In this document: positions 26,892-36,834 of the stretch, one piece after another
Layout of the letters: the number at the start of each line of letters is the position of its first letter
How positions within the stretch are numbered: the first letter of the stretch is position 1
Assembly: GCA_038852285.1 (NCBI GenBank)
Contig: JAWCKG010000006.1
Coordinates: 14,955-78,954 of the forward strand
DNA length: 64,000 nucleotides
Reading direction: 5' to 3'
From: Candidatus Bathyarchaeia archaeon
GTDB taxonomy: Archaea; Thermoproteota; Bathyarchaeia; 40CM-2-53-6; DTGE01
Program-made: the position numbers and the translations under genes
The notes under the pieces: generated by a model
The model's database searches: none
Seen by the model: the letters and a program-made list of their open reading frames with translations, nothing else
What the model was told of the DNA's origin: nothing

Positions 26892-28269
26892 GCCGGGGTT
26901 TCAGCATCCAGTACGCGACGCCGACGCCGATTAGCATACATGCCACGGCTATTAAGACGCCGTAGATGAGCCATCTAAGCCTGTAGTTGGACTCAACGTA
27001 GGGGGTTGGAGGGATGTAGGTGGTGGTTTTATGAGCGGTTATCTTTGTTTGATCCTCAACCTCCAGTGTTTCGCCGTTCCACCATGAGCTGGCTTTCACC
27101 AGGAACTCGCCCGCTTCAGAAGGTTTCCATGAAACGGTTTGGTATAGGTCTTTTTCGGTGCTCCATTGCCATGATTGAATTTGAGAACCCTTGGAGTTGA
27201 ATATTTCAAGCCTGATTTGATGGTGGTGGAGCACTTGGACCTCGTAGCATCCTGATAGTAGATGGGTGTATTTGACTGAGATTTCCACATCCTCTCCGAC
27301 GTTGCACCATGGTTTGTTGACGTTGACCTCTATGAGTCTGCATCGCTCAGGCCTCGGCGGAATCTCCAGGTCAAAGTCTAGGTCGCTTACCTCGCCTTCA
27401 TATTTAACGGCGGTGAACCACGCCGCGGGTGGTGGCGGATAGATCAGGGGTACCGGGCTGAAGAGAGACGCGACCCCTTTATCTATCATGGATAGGTCTT
27501 CATGGGATACTTGGAATCGAATCGGCTGGTCGTTTGGAAGGTATCGGGCTACGCTCATCGCGGCGGGCAGTTCTTCGTCCAGGATCTCGCTTGGGGTTAT
27601 CAAGTAGAGGACGATCTTTGTAGGGCCCTTCGCGGTCGACGAGATCTTTAATGGGAAGTATAGTGATGGGGTTTGAAACTCGTAGGCGATGGGATCCAGG
27701 CTGTTAGGGTTAGGGGTTAAATCGACTAAGTCGAAGACCCAGTAGTGGAGGCCCCTGTCCAGGTAATCCTCTAGGATTAGCCTTGTTTTTTCCCGAATTT
27801 CAGGGGTGTTTGAAGCCCCCGCCTGCGCGGCGAGGCGTGAAATGAATTTGACCAACTCCTCCAGGGAGGTTGCCTCCACGACGGTGATGTCGTGAGCCCC
27901 GATCCTTTCATGGAAGATCACGATTAACTCTTTCTCTAGTCCTCGTTCCGGAGCCAATGTCTTGGGTAGGTTTCTCATCATCAACCGTTGAACCTCTTCG
28001 AAGGATTCAACGGCTCCTTTCTCCACTCTGGGCTTTGATGGGAGGGGTAGCACCTCGAGGATCCTTGAGTCCGCGTCCGCGTAGAGGTCGGTGGATAGGA
28101 TTAACCGCTCTGTCTCACCGTTCCAGGCTATGATCGCCCTCTGGCCAGGACCGTACACATCCACGTCGGATAATGGTAGGACGCCCCTGTCAGCTTGGGC
28201 TAAAGGAATCAATGTTAAGGAAAAAATGAGGAAAAGGATTGTTATGCGCGTGACGGTTAGCCTGCTCAT
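26848..28269 (-). CDS. DUF2330-like envelope protein with signal peptide and C-terminal TM anchor
   Basis: The QRAIIAWNGETERLILSTDL motif is characteristic of DUF2330. N-terminal signal sequence and C-terminal helix LIYGVLIAVACMLIGVGVAYWML. Confidence 0.5.
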   Translation of the reverse strand: MSRLTVTRITILFLIFSLTLIPLAQADRGVLPLSDVDVYGPGQRAIIAWNGETERLILSTDLYADADSRILEVLPLPSKPRVEKGAVESFEEVQRLMMRNLPKTLAPERGLEKELIVIFHERIGAHDITVVEATSLEELVKFISRLAAQAGASNTPEIREKTRLILEDYLDRGLHYWVFDLVDLTPNPNSLDPIAYEFQTPSLYFPLKISSTAKGPTKIVLYLITPSEILDEELPAAMSVARYLPNDQPIRFQVSHEDLSMIDKGVASLFSPVPLIYPPPPAAWFTAVKYEGEVSDLDFDLEIPPRPERCRLIEVNVNKPWCNVGEDVEISVKYTHLLSGCYEVQVLHHHQIRLEIFNSKGSQIQSWQWSTEKDLYQTVSWKPSEAGEFLVKASSWWNGETLEVEDQTKITAHKTTTYIPPTPYVESNYRLRWLIYGVLIAVACMLIGVGVAYWMLKPRLKQGPQTSKRSKHT

Positions 28270-29123
28270 CCTCCCTTCCTTCTCCTATACACGTAGTAGG
28301 CTATGAGGCCGATGACGGCGATGGGAATGATCGAAACGACCAGGATTATCAGGCCCCTGATCACCGCGAAAAACCCTGTGAGGGCGATTTCGAAGGTTTC
28401 ACCCCAATCAACCCCCGGAGGCGTGAACGGAGGCGGGGGTTCTCTTAGGCTGACTGTTATGAGGGACATGGCTACGCTGCGTTCAAGATAGTTTATCTGT
28501 CCTTGTAGGCTTTCAATCTCCCCTCTGACGCGTGCTAGCTCCCGTTCGACCTCTAAGATTTCCTCAACGGTCTTAGCCATGTCTAGGACTTCGTGAAGCC
28601 TCTTCTCTTGTCGTTCAAGGTTTCCCAGCCTAGCCTTCAGGTCGATGTACCGCTCCGTGACGTCTTCACTACTGGTGTGCTCGTCTAAAACCTCGCCGTA
28701 GCCTTCTATCTGCTGAACAGCCATGTGGAACTTGTCTTGCGGGATTCGAATAGTGATTTCAGCTGTGGCCTGGGCTCCATAGCTTGAACGGGACGTTCCA
28801 ACCACGTATCCACCGTAGCTTTCGGCTAATACCCTGATCTTAGCCAAGACGCCTTCAAGCTCAGGGGTTTCAAGGGAAATATACGCGTTATAGATGACCA
28901 TCCGCTCCACGGCGTATTCAGCGGGCGTCGGCGCGGGAGTCGGCGTCGGAACAACCTCTCCCATTTTCGGCGCGACTACGCCCTTTTCCCTGTAAAAGTC
29001 GCTAACGCCTGTCGTCCGATAAGGAGAGTAGAGGGTGCCGATGAAGAACGAAGCGATCAGCAAAACAGCTACGACCGCTGAAACGGCTACAATCCTTTTA
29101 CTAACCATTTTTCCACCGCGCAT
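28266..29123 (-). CDS. DUF4349-like membrane protein
   Basis: N-terminal TM helix, YNAYISLET...ITIRIPQDKF...coiled coil...MSLITVSLRE layout, and a C-terminal TM pair. It overlaps the downstream gene by 4 nt. Confidence 0.55.
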   Translation of the reverse strand: MRGGKMVSKRIVAVSAVVAVLLIASFFIGTLYSPYRTTGVSDFYREKGVVAPKMGEVVPTPTPAPTPAEYAVERMVIYNAYISLETPELEGVLAKIRVLAESYGGYVVGTSRSSYGAQATAEITIRIPQDKFHMAVQQIEGYGEVLDEHTSSEDVTERYIDLKARLGNLERQEKRLHEVLDMAKTVEEILEVERELARVRGEIESLQGQINYLERSVAMSLITVSLREPPPPFTPPGVDWGETFEIALTGFFAVIRGLIILVVSIIPIAVIGLIAYYVYRRRKGG

Positions 29124-29255
29124 TAATATGTTGAGGAAGCTTAAATTACTAGGGTTTAGAACGTTTTGTCCAGAGATCGGAACAGTTTAATCGCTGTTCC
29201 ACTTAAAGGAAAGGTCAAAAATTAATCTCAAAGGGCCACGTGAGGGGCGTGTGTT

Positions 29256-29702
29256 TTGACGGATCTCGACGAAGGGTTTGTTGAATCAGAGTTGAAGGGT
29301 AAAACCCTGAACGTTTACTGGCACTTCCTTCGACATGGAAGCATACCGATAGGTGTCCGCGACCTTCAAAGGGCCCTGGGCTTCAGCAGCCCCAGCGTGG
29401 CATTCCACCACCTTGAAAAGCTTCGGAGGCTAGGCTTGCTGGAGAAGAATCTCACCGGAGAATACGTGCTGGCTCAAAGGGTTAGGGTGGGGGTGTTAAA
29501 GCAGTTTGTAGGGGTTGGAAGGCTGATGCTTCCCAGATACCTTTTCTACGCTGTGTTTTTCACCGCCATGCTAACAGGGTACTTGGCGGCTTACCCTCAA
29601 ACCCTAACCCTGCACAACATCGCGGCGCTGATTTTCGCAGCCGCCTCATGTCTCATCTTATGGTATGAAACGGTGCGTGTCTACCGTCAGATGCCAACCT
29701 GA
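29256..29702 (+). CDS. membrane-tethered winged-helix transcription regulator
   Basis: wHTH region VRDLQRALGFSSPSVAFHHLEKLRRLGLLEK followed by two predicted TM helices. Confidence 0.55.
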   Translation: MTDLDEGFVESELKGKTLNVYWHFLRHGSIPIGVRDLQRALGFSSPSVAFHHLEKLRRLGLLEKNLTGEYVLAQRVRVGVLKQFVGVGRLMLPRYLFYAVFFTAMLTGYLAAYPQTLTLHNIAALIFAAASCLILWYETVRVYRQMPT

Positions 29703-29773
29703 AGACAGGAGGGCTGTTCTAAACAATGGTAATAAATCCAGGTAAGTAAGATGATGGTAAGGAAGGGTTTGTT

Positions 29774-30382
29774 ATGAGGAGGTTAGCGGCATCGGTCACC
29801 GCCGCGGTTCTCGGGTTGATCCTCATCCTGACCCCTAAAATCCTATTCCCAGGATTGGTCGAGCAACCCGGCCTCAGTATGGAGGGGTTAGAGGAGGCCC
29901 CAACCGTCACACCTGCCCCCATCGCCACGCCTAGGTTTAAGGCTACCGGAGTCGAATCCGCTGGCCGTCAACCCTCACCGCCCTTCATGATCGAGCTTGA
30001 CACCGAATCCTCATACGGGTTTGAGGAGATCTCTCTGACTCATGGCACATACGGGGTTCCCCTGTTCGTTGCGAAGAGAAGGTCGTCCTCCTCAATCATC
30101 GTTTTAGCCTCATCCCTATCAGACAGCGCCATCCAGCTTCATTTGGAGGGGGTTGAGGGAATTCCTGAGGGGGTGGAGGTGAAGCTTGACCCAGACTCCT
30201 TCATCCTTCAGCCCTATGAGCAAAGGAGGGTGGAGTTGAAGCTATCCGTTTCCCTCACGGCTTCGGCTTCGCCTTCTCCCGTAAACCCGAATAGGCCTGT
30301 TCCTTCAGCGTGGTTCGTGTACATCACCCTTGGAGAAGACGGTTACAGCCTGGGGACGGGGTTCCTCTTGAAAATCGTTTAA
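29774..30382 (+). CDS. hypothetical secreted protein
   Basis: N-terminal hydrophobic signal-like segment. No recognisable domain. Confidence 0.4.
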   Translation: MRRLAASVTAAVLGLILILTPKILFPGLVEQPGLSMEGLEEAPTVTPAPIATPRFKATGVESAGRQPSPPFMIELDTESSYGFEEISLTHGTYGVPLFVAKRRSSSSIIVLASSLSDSAIQLHLEGVEGIPEGVEVKLDPDSFILQPYEQRRVELKLSVSLTASASPSPVNPNRPVPSAWFVYITLGEDGYSLGTGFLLKIV

Positions 30383-31734
30383 GGTGGATTAATCCTTAAA
30401 TTTAGTTTAGTTTGGTTTTGGAATCTGAGCTCCACGGCCCTTGCATGTTGTGGGAAGCCCTCGTACGTTGATAGCCTTAAAACGGTTTCTTTTAGGGCGG
30501 ATAGTCCTTCTCTGCTTAGGTAGGTGATGTCGGAGCGTTTGAGGAAGTCTGTGACGGAGAGGGGTGAGTGGACTCTGGAGTCGCCTCCAGTGGGGATGAT
30601 GTGGTTTACCCCTGAGGCGTAGCAGCCTACGCTGGAGGGGGAGTAGTCGCCTAGATAGATGCTTCCAGCGTTTCGAACCTTCTTTAACGTTCTCATTGGG
30701 TCCTTGGTCATGATTTCCAAGTGCTCTGGCGAGTACTCGTTCACGAAGTCTATCGCTTCGTCAAGGCTGTTGGTGAGGATGATGGCTCCGTACTTGCTTA
30801 GCGCCTCTTTGGCGAAGCTTCTCCTGGGAATGGGTTCGTCGGGTAGGTTTCGAATATAGTCTTCTACGAGTGTTTGAGCCTTCTCAGCCAGCTTCGGGGA
30901 GTTGGTGACGACTACTCCAGCTGAGTCGGATCCATGCTCGGCTTCGATGAGAACGTCGGCCGCCACGTATTCCGGCTTCGCTGAGTCATCGGCGAGGATC
31001 ATGATTTCGCTGGGGCCGGCTGTGAACTCTATGCCAACACCGGACAGTTGAACCAGTCTCTTAGCTAAAGCCACCCAGACGCCTCCAGGGCCGACTATTT
31101 TATCCACTCTGGGGATGGTTTCGGTTCCAAAGGCCATGGCCGCTATTCCATGGGCTCCCCCAACCTTGTACACCTCCTCCACTCCGGATGTTTTGGCCGC
31201 GTACAGGGTGGCTGGATCCACTGAGCCGTCCCGCCTCGGAGGCGTGCAGATGATGACTCTTTTAACCCCAGCGATCTTCGCTGGGATTGTGGCCATTAGA
31301 ACGGTGGATGGGAAGCTGCCTCTCCCCCCGGGGACGTATAGGCCAACCGTGTCTATGGGGGTTATCCTCTGACCTACGGTCACGCCTCTTTCAACTTCGA
31401 TGAACCATGATTCAGGCGGCAGCTGAGCTTTATGGAATCTTCGAATGTTCTCCGCGGCGTGTTTAACGGCTTTTTTCACCTCTACTCCCAGGGTTTTTTC
31501 AGCCTCCTCAAACTCCTCACGCGTGGCCTTCAGATCCTCAAGCCTTACGCCGTCGAACCTTGAGGAGTATTCTTTGAGGGCCCTGTCACCACTACGCTTC
31601 ACTTCTTCGAGAACGGTTTTCGCCTTCTCGAAAACCGGCTTAAACTCCAGCTCAGCCCTCCTCATAACCCGATTCAAATCGTCCCTAGAAGCCTCTCCAA
31701 ACCTATACACAGATATCGTGGTCAAAACGTTCAC
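30379..31734 (-). CDS. hisD: histidinol dehydrogenase
   Basis: GPSEIMILADDSA...DVLIEAEHGSDS and HL...GDYSPSSVGCYASGVNHIIPTGG motifs. At 451 aa. Confidence 0.9.
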   Translation of the reverse strand: MNVLTTISVYRFGEASRDDLNRVMRRAELEFKPVFEKAKTVLEEVKRSGDRALKEYSSRFDGVRLEDLKATREEFEEAEKTLGVEVKKAVKHAAENIRRFHKAQLPPESWFIEVERGVTVGQRITPIDTVGLYVPGGRGSFPSTVLMATIPAKIAGVKRVIICTPPRRDGSVDPATLYAAKTSGVEEVYKVGGAHGIAAMAFGTETIPRVDKIVGPGGVWVALAKRLVQLSGVGIEFTAGPSEIMILADDSAKPEYVAADVLIEAEHGSDSAGVVVTNSPKLAEKAQTLVEDYIRNLPDEPIPRRSFAKEALSKYGAIILTNSLDEAIDFVNEYSPEHLEIMTKDPMRTLKKVRNAGSIYLGDYSPSSVGCYASGVNHIIPTGGDSRVHSPLSVTDFLKRSDITYLSREGLSALKETVLRLSTYEGFPQHARAVELRFQNQTKLNLRINPP

Positions 31735-32047
31735 ATCCTCATCCTTGAATCACGCCCTCGATTTAATGGTTCTCCATCGACAATGGATTAAGGGAGATGT
31801 TTCTCATTAGGCTTTGCTTGGACCAAAGCGCAGCCCTCCTCAAACATGCTCCTTTACCGAAACGTTAAGGGCGTGGATAGTTTCCGAGCATCTTAAAGCC
31901 TATTTATGTTTATTTATCCCCTCAATCCGTAGCGTCTGGCTGAACTCACCCTGTTTAGTTTATTTTGATAGATTTTTAGGTCGATGTGTAGGTTGGTATA
32001 AATGGTCGTTGGAATGGTGGAGGAGAAATTACGCACCCTATACTATA

Positions 32048-32074
32048 TTATCACATTGTGACGCAATGTGACAC
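32048..32074. repeat. copy A of the shared intergenic motif TTATCAMATTGTGAC-N4-TGTGACAC
   Basis: TTATCACATTGTGACGCAATGTGACAC ends 1 nt from the radical SAM stop codon. It matches 38765-38791 at 22 of 27 positions. Confidence 0.6.
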
Positions 32075-32075
32075 T

Positions 32076-33125
32076 TTACTCTAGGTGGTGGTAGAATTCT
32101 CTGGGTTGAAGCTCCTTAAACTCCTTAGTTCGTTCCGATAAGTGTTTTCTTATGTCGACGCAGAGGTGGCATTTTGAAACGTAGCCCTCAGAGGGTTCGC
32201 GGTATTGAAATTCCTCGACGGCTAGCTCGTATAGTTCTTTCAAGTCTGTGAGGAGGGCTTTGAGGATGGGGTGGTTGTTTAGGTCTACTCCACGCGTGCA
32301 TAGGGTGTTGAGGCTTCTGGCGTCGCCTAGGGATATTCCTCCGCAGTATCCTGTGATGTAGTTGCAGTAATTGTCGACGTGGACGTGCCATTCCCTGGTT
32401 AGCTCTTCTAGGCATGATTCGCCGAAGAAGGCTTCAGCCGGATGTTTCCGGTATAGTTGTCCAAGCTTGTAGGGGGCTCTCCCCATCATGATCAGCTCCG
32501 CGAACCGTAAGCCCTCCAAACCCATTTTTTGAAGGTAACTCTCGAAGTTTAAAACGCCTTCGACGCCGAGGCTTTTGAACTGGGCGTGGAACGGTTCTTG
32601 GTAGATCATCAAGTTTGCTCCGAACAGCTCCCGCCCTATTTTCACGACTCTTTCGGTTCGCTGGAAGGGAACATGCTCAATGATGAAGGGGTTAACGCTT
32701 ACCAGCAGGCCGTTTAAACCCGCCTCCTTCAGCACAGTCAACTTTTTCCTCGTGTCTTCGTCGTCGACGCACCAGTAGGCGTTGGTTTCAGCGAATACGG
32801 CTGGGATCTTAAGCTCTTTAGCGATTCGAACTGCTTCAAGGAGGAGGTTGAAGTTCAGGAAGGGTTCTCCACCGGTGAAATGCAACCCATAGTTTACTCC
32901 AACCCTGCTGAATCCGGGAGGGTAACGCTTGTTAAATTTGAGGGCGAGCTGCTTCAACACCTCCCTTAAATCTTGAACGCTGATCCAATCACCCCTCCAC
33001 GTCGGGGAGCAAGCGTACATGCAGTGTCGGCATTCGCCGTTACATCGATACGTGAGGAACACGCCGGCTGAAAAGGGTTCAGGCACGATCAGCCTGCTTG
33101 AAGAGCTCAAAGAACGCTTCCTCAA
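32076..33125 (-). CDS. radical SAM domain protein with extra C-terminal Cys motifs
   Basis: CNGECRHC (CxxxCxxC) near the N-terminus, a GGEP motif, and C-terminal cysteines CLEEL...CNYITGYCGG...CHLC that suggest an auxiliary cluster. Confidence 0.75.
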   Translation of the reverse strand: MRKRSLSSSSRLIVPEPFSAGVFLTYRCNGECRHCMYACSPTWRGDWISVQDLREVLKQLALKFNKRYPPGFSRVGVNYGLHFTGGEPFLNFNLLLEAVRIAKELKIPAVFAETNAYWCVDDEDTRKKLTVLKEAGLNGLLVSVNPFIIEHVPFQRTERVVKIGRELFGANLMIYQEPFHAQFKSLGVEGVLNFESYLQKMGLEGLRFAELIMMGRAPYKLGQLYRKHPAEAFFGESCLEELTREWHVHVDNYCNYITGYCGGISLGDARSLNTLCTRGVDLNNHPILKALLTDLKELYELAVEEFQYREPSEGYVSKCHLCVDIRKHLSERTKEFKELQPREFYHHLE

Positions 33126-33165
33126 CTATTCTTAACCTTCAAGATTCATAACGCGAACCGATATA

Positions 33166-33258
33166 TTACTTGCCGTTGGGTGTGGCCTCGAACCCCATGT
33201 TGCACAGGAAGTTCAGGTGCCGCTCCCCGATCCTGTACCTGGGGCAGGCTGTACTCAT
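33166..33258 (-). CDS. candidate small ORF (30 aa, MSTACPRYRIGERHLNFLCNMGFEATPNGK) upstream of the radical SAM gene
   Basis: ATG preceded by GGAGG with a 7-nt spacer. It is on the same strand as the radical SAM gene and 40 nt upstream of it. It is absent from the supplied ORF track because it is short. Confidence 0.3.
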   Translation of the reverse strand: MSTACPRYRIGERHLNFLCNMGFEATPNGK

Positions 33259-33500
33259 GGTCCAGCCTCCAAATCTTATCTTGGTAAAGCGTGTCTCGGA
33301 GCTCGTGTAGGCCTAGGCTGAACCTCTCGCCCGGCTTAAAATTTATAGGAGGTTAAGGTTTATAGAGCGCGGGTTTATCTAACATTTCTTCGGCCGCGCG
33401 TGTGGGAAGCGTACAATCGCTCATTTAGGACGTTAAATCGCGTTGATCGCTTTCGGATGGTTTGTCGTCATGTTGAAGGCGCCTGAATCGCTGTGGGGAG

Positions 33501-34175
33501 GTGGGTTTGATGTTTAAAGCGGTGATCTTTGATTGGGATGGTACGTTAGCTGACACGAGGTGGGTGCTAGTTAAGGCGTTTAATGAGGCGTTTAAGCTGG
33601 TGGGATGCGCTGTGAGCGAGGAGTTTATCGTCAGGCTGATAGGGGTGGGTGAGAGGAGGCTTTTCGAGGAGGCGTTAAAGTCTGCGAACATACCCTTTCG
33701 CGAGGACACGTTGAAAAGGCTTTCAAGGAGGAAGTTCCAAGTGCAATCGGGGTTGGCTGGGAAGGTACAGTTAATCGACGGGGCCGTCGAGCTTCTACAT
33801 GGCTTGCATGGAAGGGTGAAGATTGGGTTGGCGACGATGGCTCGGGGAATGCTGGTTCGCAGGATCCTCGCGGAGAAGGGAATTGAAGGGTTGTTCGACG
33901 CCGTTGTCTCGATGGAGGAGGTTTCCCGGCCGAAGCCCGATCCAGAGGTCTTTCTTAAATGCGCGTTGAAGCTGCGGGTGAAGCCTGAGGAATGCGTGGT
34001 GGTTGAGGACTCCGTCTTCGGGGTGGAGGCCGCTAAACGAGCTGGAATGAGGTGTATCGCCATAGCGTCTGGAGCGTATTCGATGGAGGAGTTGAAGGAG
34101 CGAAACCCCGATTTAATTTTGCCCTCGATAAAGGAGAGGGATGCGATCCTCAACTTCATACTCAACTATGCTTAG
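33501..34175 (+). CDS. HAD-superfamily hydrolase (beta-phosphoglucomutase-like subfamily IA)
   Basis: Motif I VIFDWDGTLADT, motif III KPDPEVF, motif IV VVEDSVFGVEAAKRAG. GGAGGTG Shine-Dalgarno upstream. Confidence 0.8.
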   Translation: MGLMFKAVIFDWDGTLADTRWVLVKAFNEAFKLVGCAVSEEFIVRLIGVGERRLFEEALKSANIPFREDTLKRLSRRKFQVQSGLAGKVQLIDGAVELLHGLHGRVKIGLATMARGMLVRRILAEKGIEGLFDAVVSMEEVSRPKPDPEVFLKCALKLRVKPEECVVVEDSVFGVEAAKRAGMRCIAIASGAYSMEELKERNPDLILPSIKERDAILNFILNYA

Positions 34176-34277
34176 AGGCGGGGCTTTAGAGAGGTTTTGT
34201 AAAGCCGGGTTAAGGCAGGATGGCTAGTAGGGTTGGGTGCTAAACGCGGCTGGGGAAGGTTAACTTGGAAATGGTAT

Positions 34278-35468
34278 TTACAGCCTTGGCAGTTTTCTGA
34301 GGTAGATGAGGCTTAACCCGGCTCCCGAAGCCAGTAGGGTTGAGGCTGAGAAGAGTAGGAGGGGAGGATTTTTCGAGTAGAGTAGTCCTCCGATTAGTGA
34401 GCCGATGGCGGCGCCGAGGTAGTAGGAGACGCTCATGAACCCCTCCGCTTTGCCTCTCATGGCGTGTCCTGTGAAGTGGGCTACTAGGGATCTTTCGATG
34501 GCGTAGGTGAGGGCTCCGCATATGTTTAGGAGGGCCATGGAGGTGAACAGGGAGGCTTTAGCGTGGATGAGGAACATGAGGGGTGTGGTGGCTTCAAGGA
34601 ATACTAGGGCCGAGTACAGTGGGTTTGGCTTCGCCTTTTCAGCGAGCTTGCTTAACGGTATGGCCGCGAGGTATGAGGCTGAGGACAGGGCCATCACCAC
34701 GCCCCACTCGCTGTATGAGACGACGCCGGCGTATCTGACAGCGTAGAGGACCGCGAAGTAGTTGAACATGGATAGCCCGTTCAGCAGCACGAAGCTCCGC
34801 AGCCCCACCAGCCTTTTAACGGTGGGGTGTAGGTCCTTGAAGCTGGACGCGGCCTTAACCCATCCGGTCAGCATCGCTCCGGTTTCAACAATCCGCTGCT
34901 CTCGGAGGGTTTCAGACAGCCACATCCACCTCGCCGCCGTTAGCGCGAGTATGGCTATTCCTCCTATGTTGAAGCTGAGCCTCAAACCCCACACGCCGTG
35001 TAGGTCTCTGAGATAGCCTCCAAGAACCGGTGAAACCGTGTATGGGAGGTGCTCAGCTATCAGGAATAGGGTGAACACCCTTAAGCGGCTGCCTCGGGTG
35101 GAGTCCATTATCATCGCGTTGAAGGCGGGGAAGTAAAAGTACGCCACGCCCTCGCAGACAGCGGCGAGGTAAAACCCGTTTGGAGTGTTGGCGGAGGAAT
35201 ATAGGATTTGAGACAGCCCCAGGAGGAGGGTTCCAGCCCAGATCAGCCTCTTCCGGCCGGCGAGGTCGGCTAAATAACCGCCCATGAAAAGTGAGAAAAC
35301 GCAGACAACGCTTCTCACCGAAGCCACAGCCCCAGCTAGAAGCACACTGCCCGTGACGGCGTAAACGTACTCGGAGAGGAACGGATAACCCACACCCATG
35401 GACAGGCTTAACAGGCCTGAGGTAACCAGCAAAACCTTAACGTTCAAGTCAACGCTCTTGGACGTCAA
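34278..35468 (-). CDS. MFS transporter
   Basis: About 12 predicted TM helices, and the loop motif GGYLADLAGRKR between TM2 and TM3. Confidence 0.75.
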   Translation of the reverse strand: MTSKSVDLNVKVLLVTSGLLSLSMGVGYPFLSEYVYAVTGSVLLAGAVASVRSVVCVFSLFMGGYLADLAGRKRLIWAGTLLLGLSQILYSSANTPNGFYLAAVCEGVAYFYFPAFNAMIMDSTRGSRLRVFTLFLIAEHLPYTVSPVLGGYLRDLHGVWGLRLSFNIGGIAILALTAARWMWLSETLREQRIVETGAMLTGWVKAASSFKDLHPTVKRLVGLRSFVLLNGLSMFNYFAVLYAVRYAGVVSYSEWGVVMALSSASYLAAIPLSKLAEKAKPNPLYSALVFLEATTPLMFLIHAKASLFTSMALLNICGALTYAIERSLVAHFTGHAMRGKAEGFMSVSYYLGAAIGSLIGGLLYSKNPPLLLFSASTLLASGAGLSLIYLRKLPRL

Positions 35469-35740
35469 CGCGCTTCCTCCACCGGCACTTATAGGTGAAG
35501 GGTTGGTTAAAGAGGTTAAGGAAGGAAAGGATGTTAGTTGTAATTAAAACAAGCATCGAATACGGAAAAGTGATTAAAAACGATGAATCCCAACAGGAGA
35601 GAAGGTCGATGTGTCAGCGTAAGTTCAGGTTTCCGCGGTTTGTCGGTTCAAAAGGATGGTTCTAGAAGGGCTTCGAAGCCGCATCTGGCCTAGCAATGTT
35701 TATTTATTCCATATACGAATATTGTGTACAAGTGTTGTTT

Positions 35741-35965
35741 ATGAGCTCGACCATCAGCATAAGAGTTCCTAGAAGAGTTAAGGAACTCCTTAAAGAGCTA
35801 GGCATAGACTGGTACGGTAAGGTTAGGGAATGCCTTGAGGGACTCGTAGAGGAAGAGTTGAGGAATAGGATATTAAGCGAAGCCGACGAAATAAGAGGCT
35901 CCATAGGTAGGGAGACCAGCCCAGCCGCCAAGCTGATACGCGAGGATAGGGAAAATGTCCATTGA
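35741..35965 (+). CDS. vapB: VapB-like antitoxin
   Basis: Small protein MSSTISIRVPRRVKELLKE overlapping the downstream PIN gene by 11 nt. Confidence 0.6.
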   Translation: MSSTISIRVPRRVKELLKELGIDWYGKVRECLEGLVEEELRNRILSEADEIRGSIGRETSPAAKLIREDRENVH

Positions 35966-36380
35966 AGCCGTCCTCGACGCCTCAGCCATAGTGGCGCTCT
36001 ATACACCTGAGACGCGCAGCGGATGGGTTAGAAAAGTCGTCGGAAGGTACCGTAAGCTCCACATCCTGGATCTAACGTTCTACGAAGTCGCCAACGCCAT
36101 GTGGAGAAAATTCCTCCTCCTAAAGGAGATTGGAGGCGAAGAGCTCAGCAAGGCGCTTAAAGGAGCTTGGAAACTCATGGACACCCTTTGCCTCACCCAC
36201 AGCTATAAAGAGGTAAAGGATAGATCGCTAGAAACCTCCATTAAATACGCTTTGACGATATACGACTCATCGTACCTCGCCCTGGCTGAAACCTTAAACC
36301 TAAACCTCATAACCACCGACGAGGAGTTGTGTAATAAATTAAGGGGAACCCCCCTGAAGAGAATGCTGGTCCACCCTTAA
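35955..36380 (+). CDS. vapC: PIN-domain toxin
   Basis: Acidic residues in PIN contexts: VLDASAIV, YEVANA, YDSSYLALAE, LITTDEEL. Confidence 0.75.
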   Translation: MSIEAVLDASAIVALYTPETRSGWVRKVVGRYRKLHILDLTFYEVANAMWRKFLLLKEIGGEELSKALKGAWKLMDTLCLTHSYKEVKDRSLETSIKYALTIYDSSYLALAETLNLNLITTDEELCNKLRGTPLKRMLVHP

Positions 36381-36834
36381 ACCTCCATCGAATCGTAAAC
36401 TTAAAATGAGAAATTTCATCAGGGAAATTGAAAGCTCAAGGATCAACCATCATTTCAAAGGTTTCAATAGTTATTAACAGGCCCTCTCTTATCCTAACAG
36501 TTTTCCTTGCAGGATTTATGAAACCCTGTTAAATACGTTCATGGCCTGAGGCTGATGTACCGTGCCGAATCTTCCTATTCATATCCTTGGAGACGTGGGC
36601 TGCTCTATGGCTTGGAGGCGAAGAGGCTTATTTGTGTATGCGGGGCTTTAACGACGACGGCCAAGTTGGGGTTTTCCTTACTTTTCACCTAATTTCTCTA
36701 TCACATTGTTCGGAAAGTCATAGACGACTCTCCGTTTCAGCTTCCGCTTATTAACGATATTGTCGGTTTAAGAGCTCGTTTACATTTGATATGTACCAGA
36801 GGGAACTGTTTAGTAAAAGCTTAAATAGTTTCCT

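Noticed and set aside
31814-32071. An 85-aa plus-strand ORF that ends inside repeated-motif copy A. The analogous ORFs 38650..38832 and 38775..38960 overlap copy B.
   Set aside because: The shared DNA motif would be read in unrelated frames and strands in these ORFs. They have no domain signal. The motif is better explained as a non-coding element.
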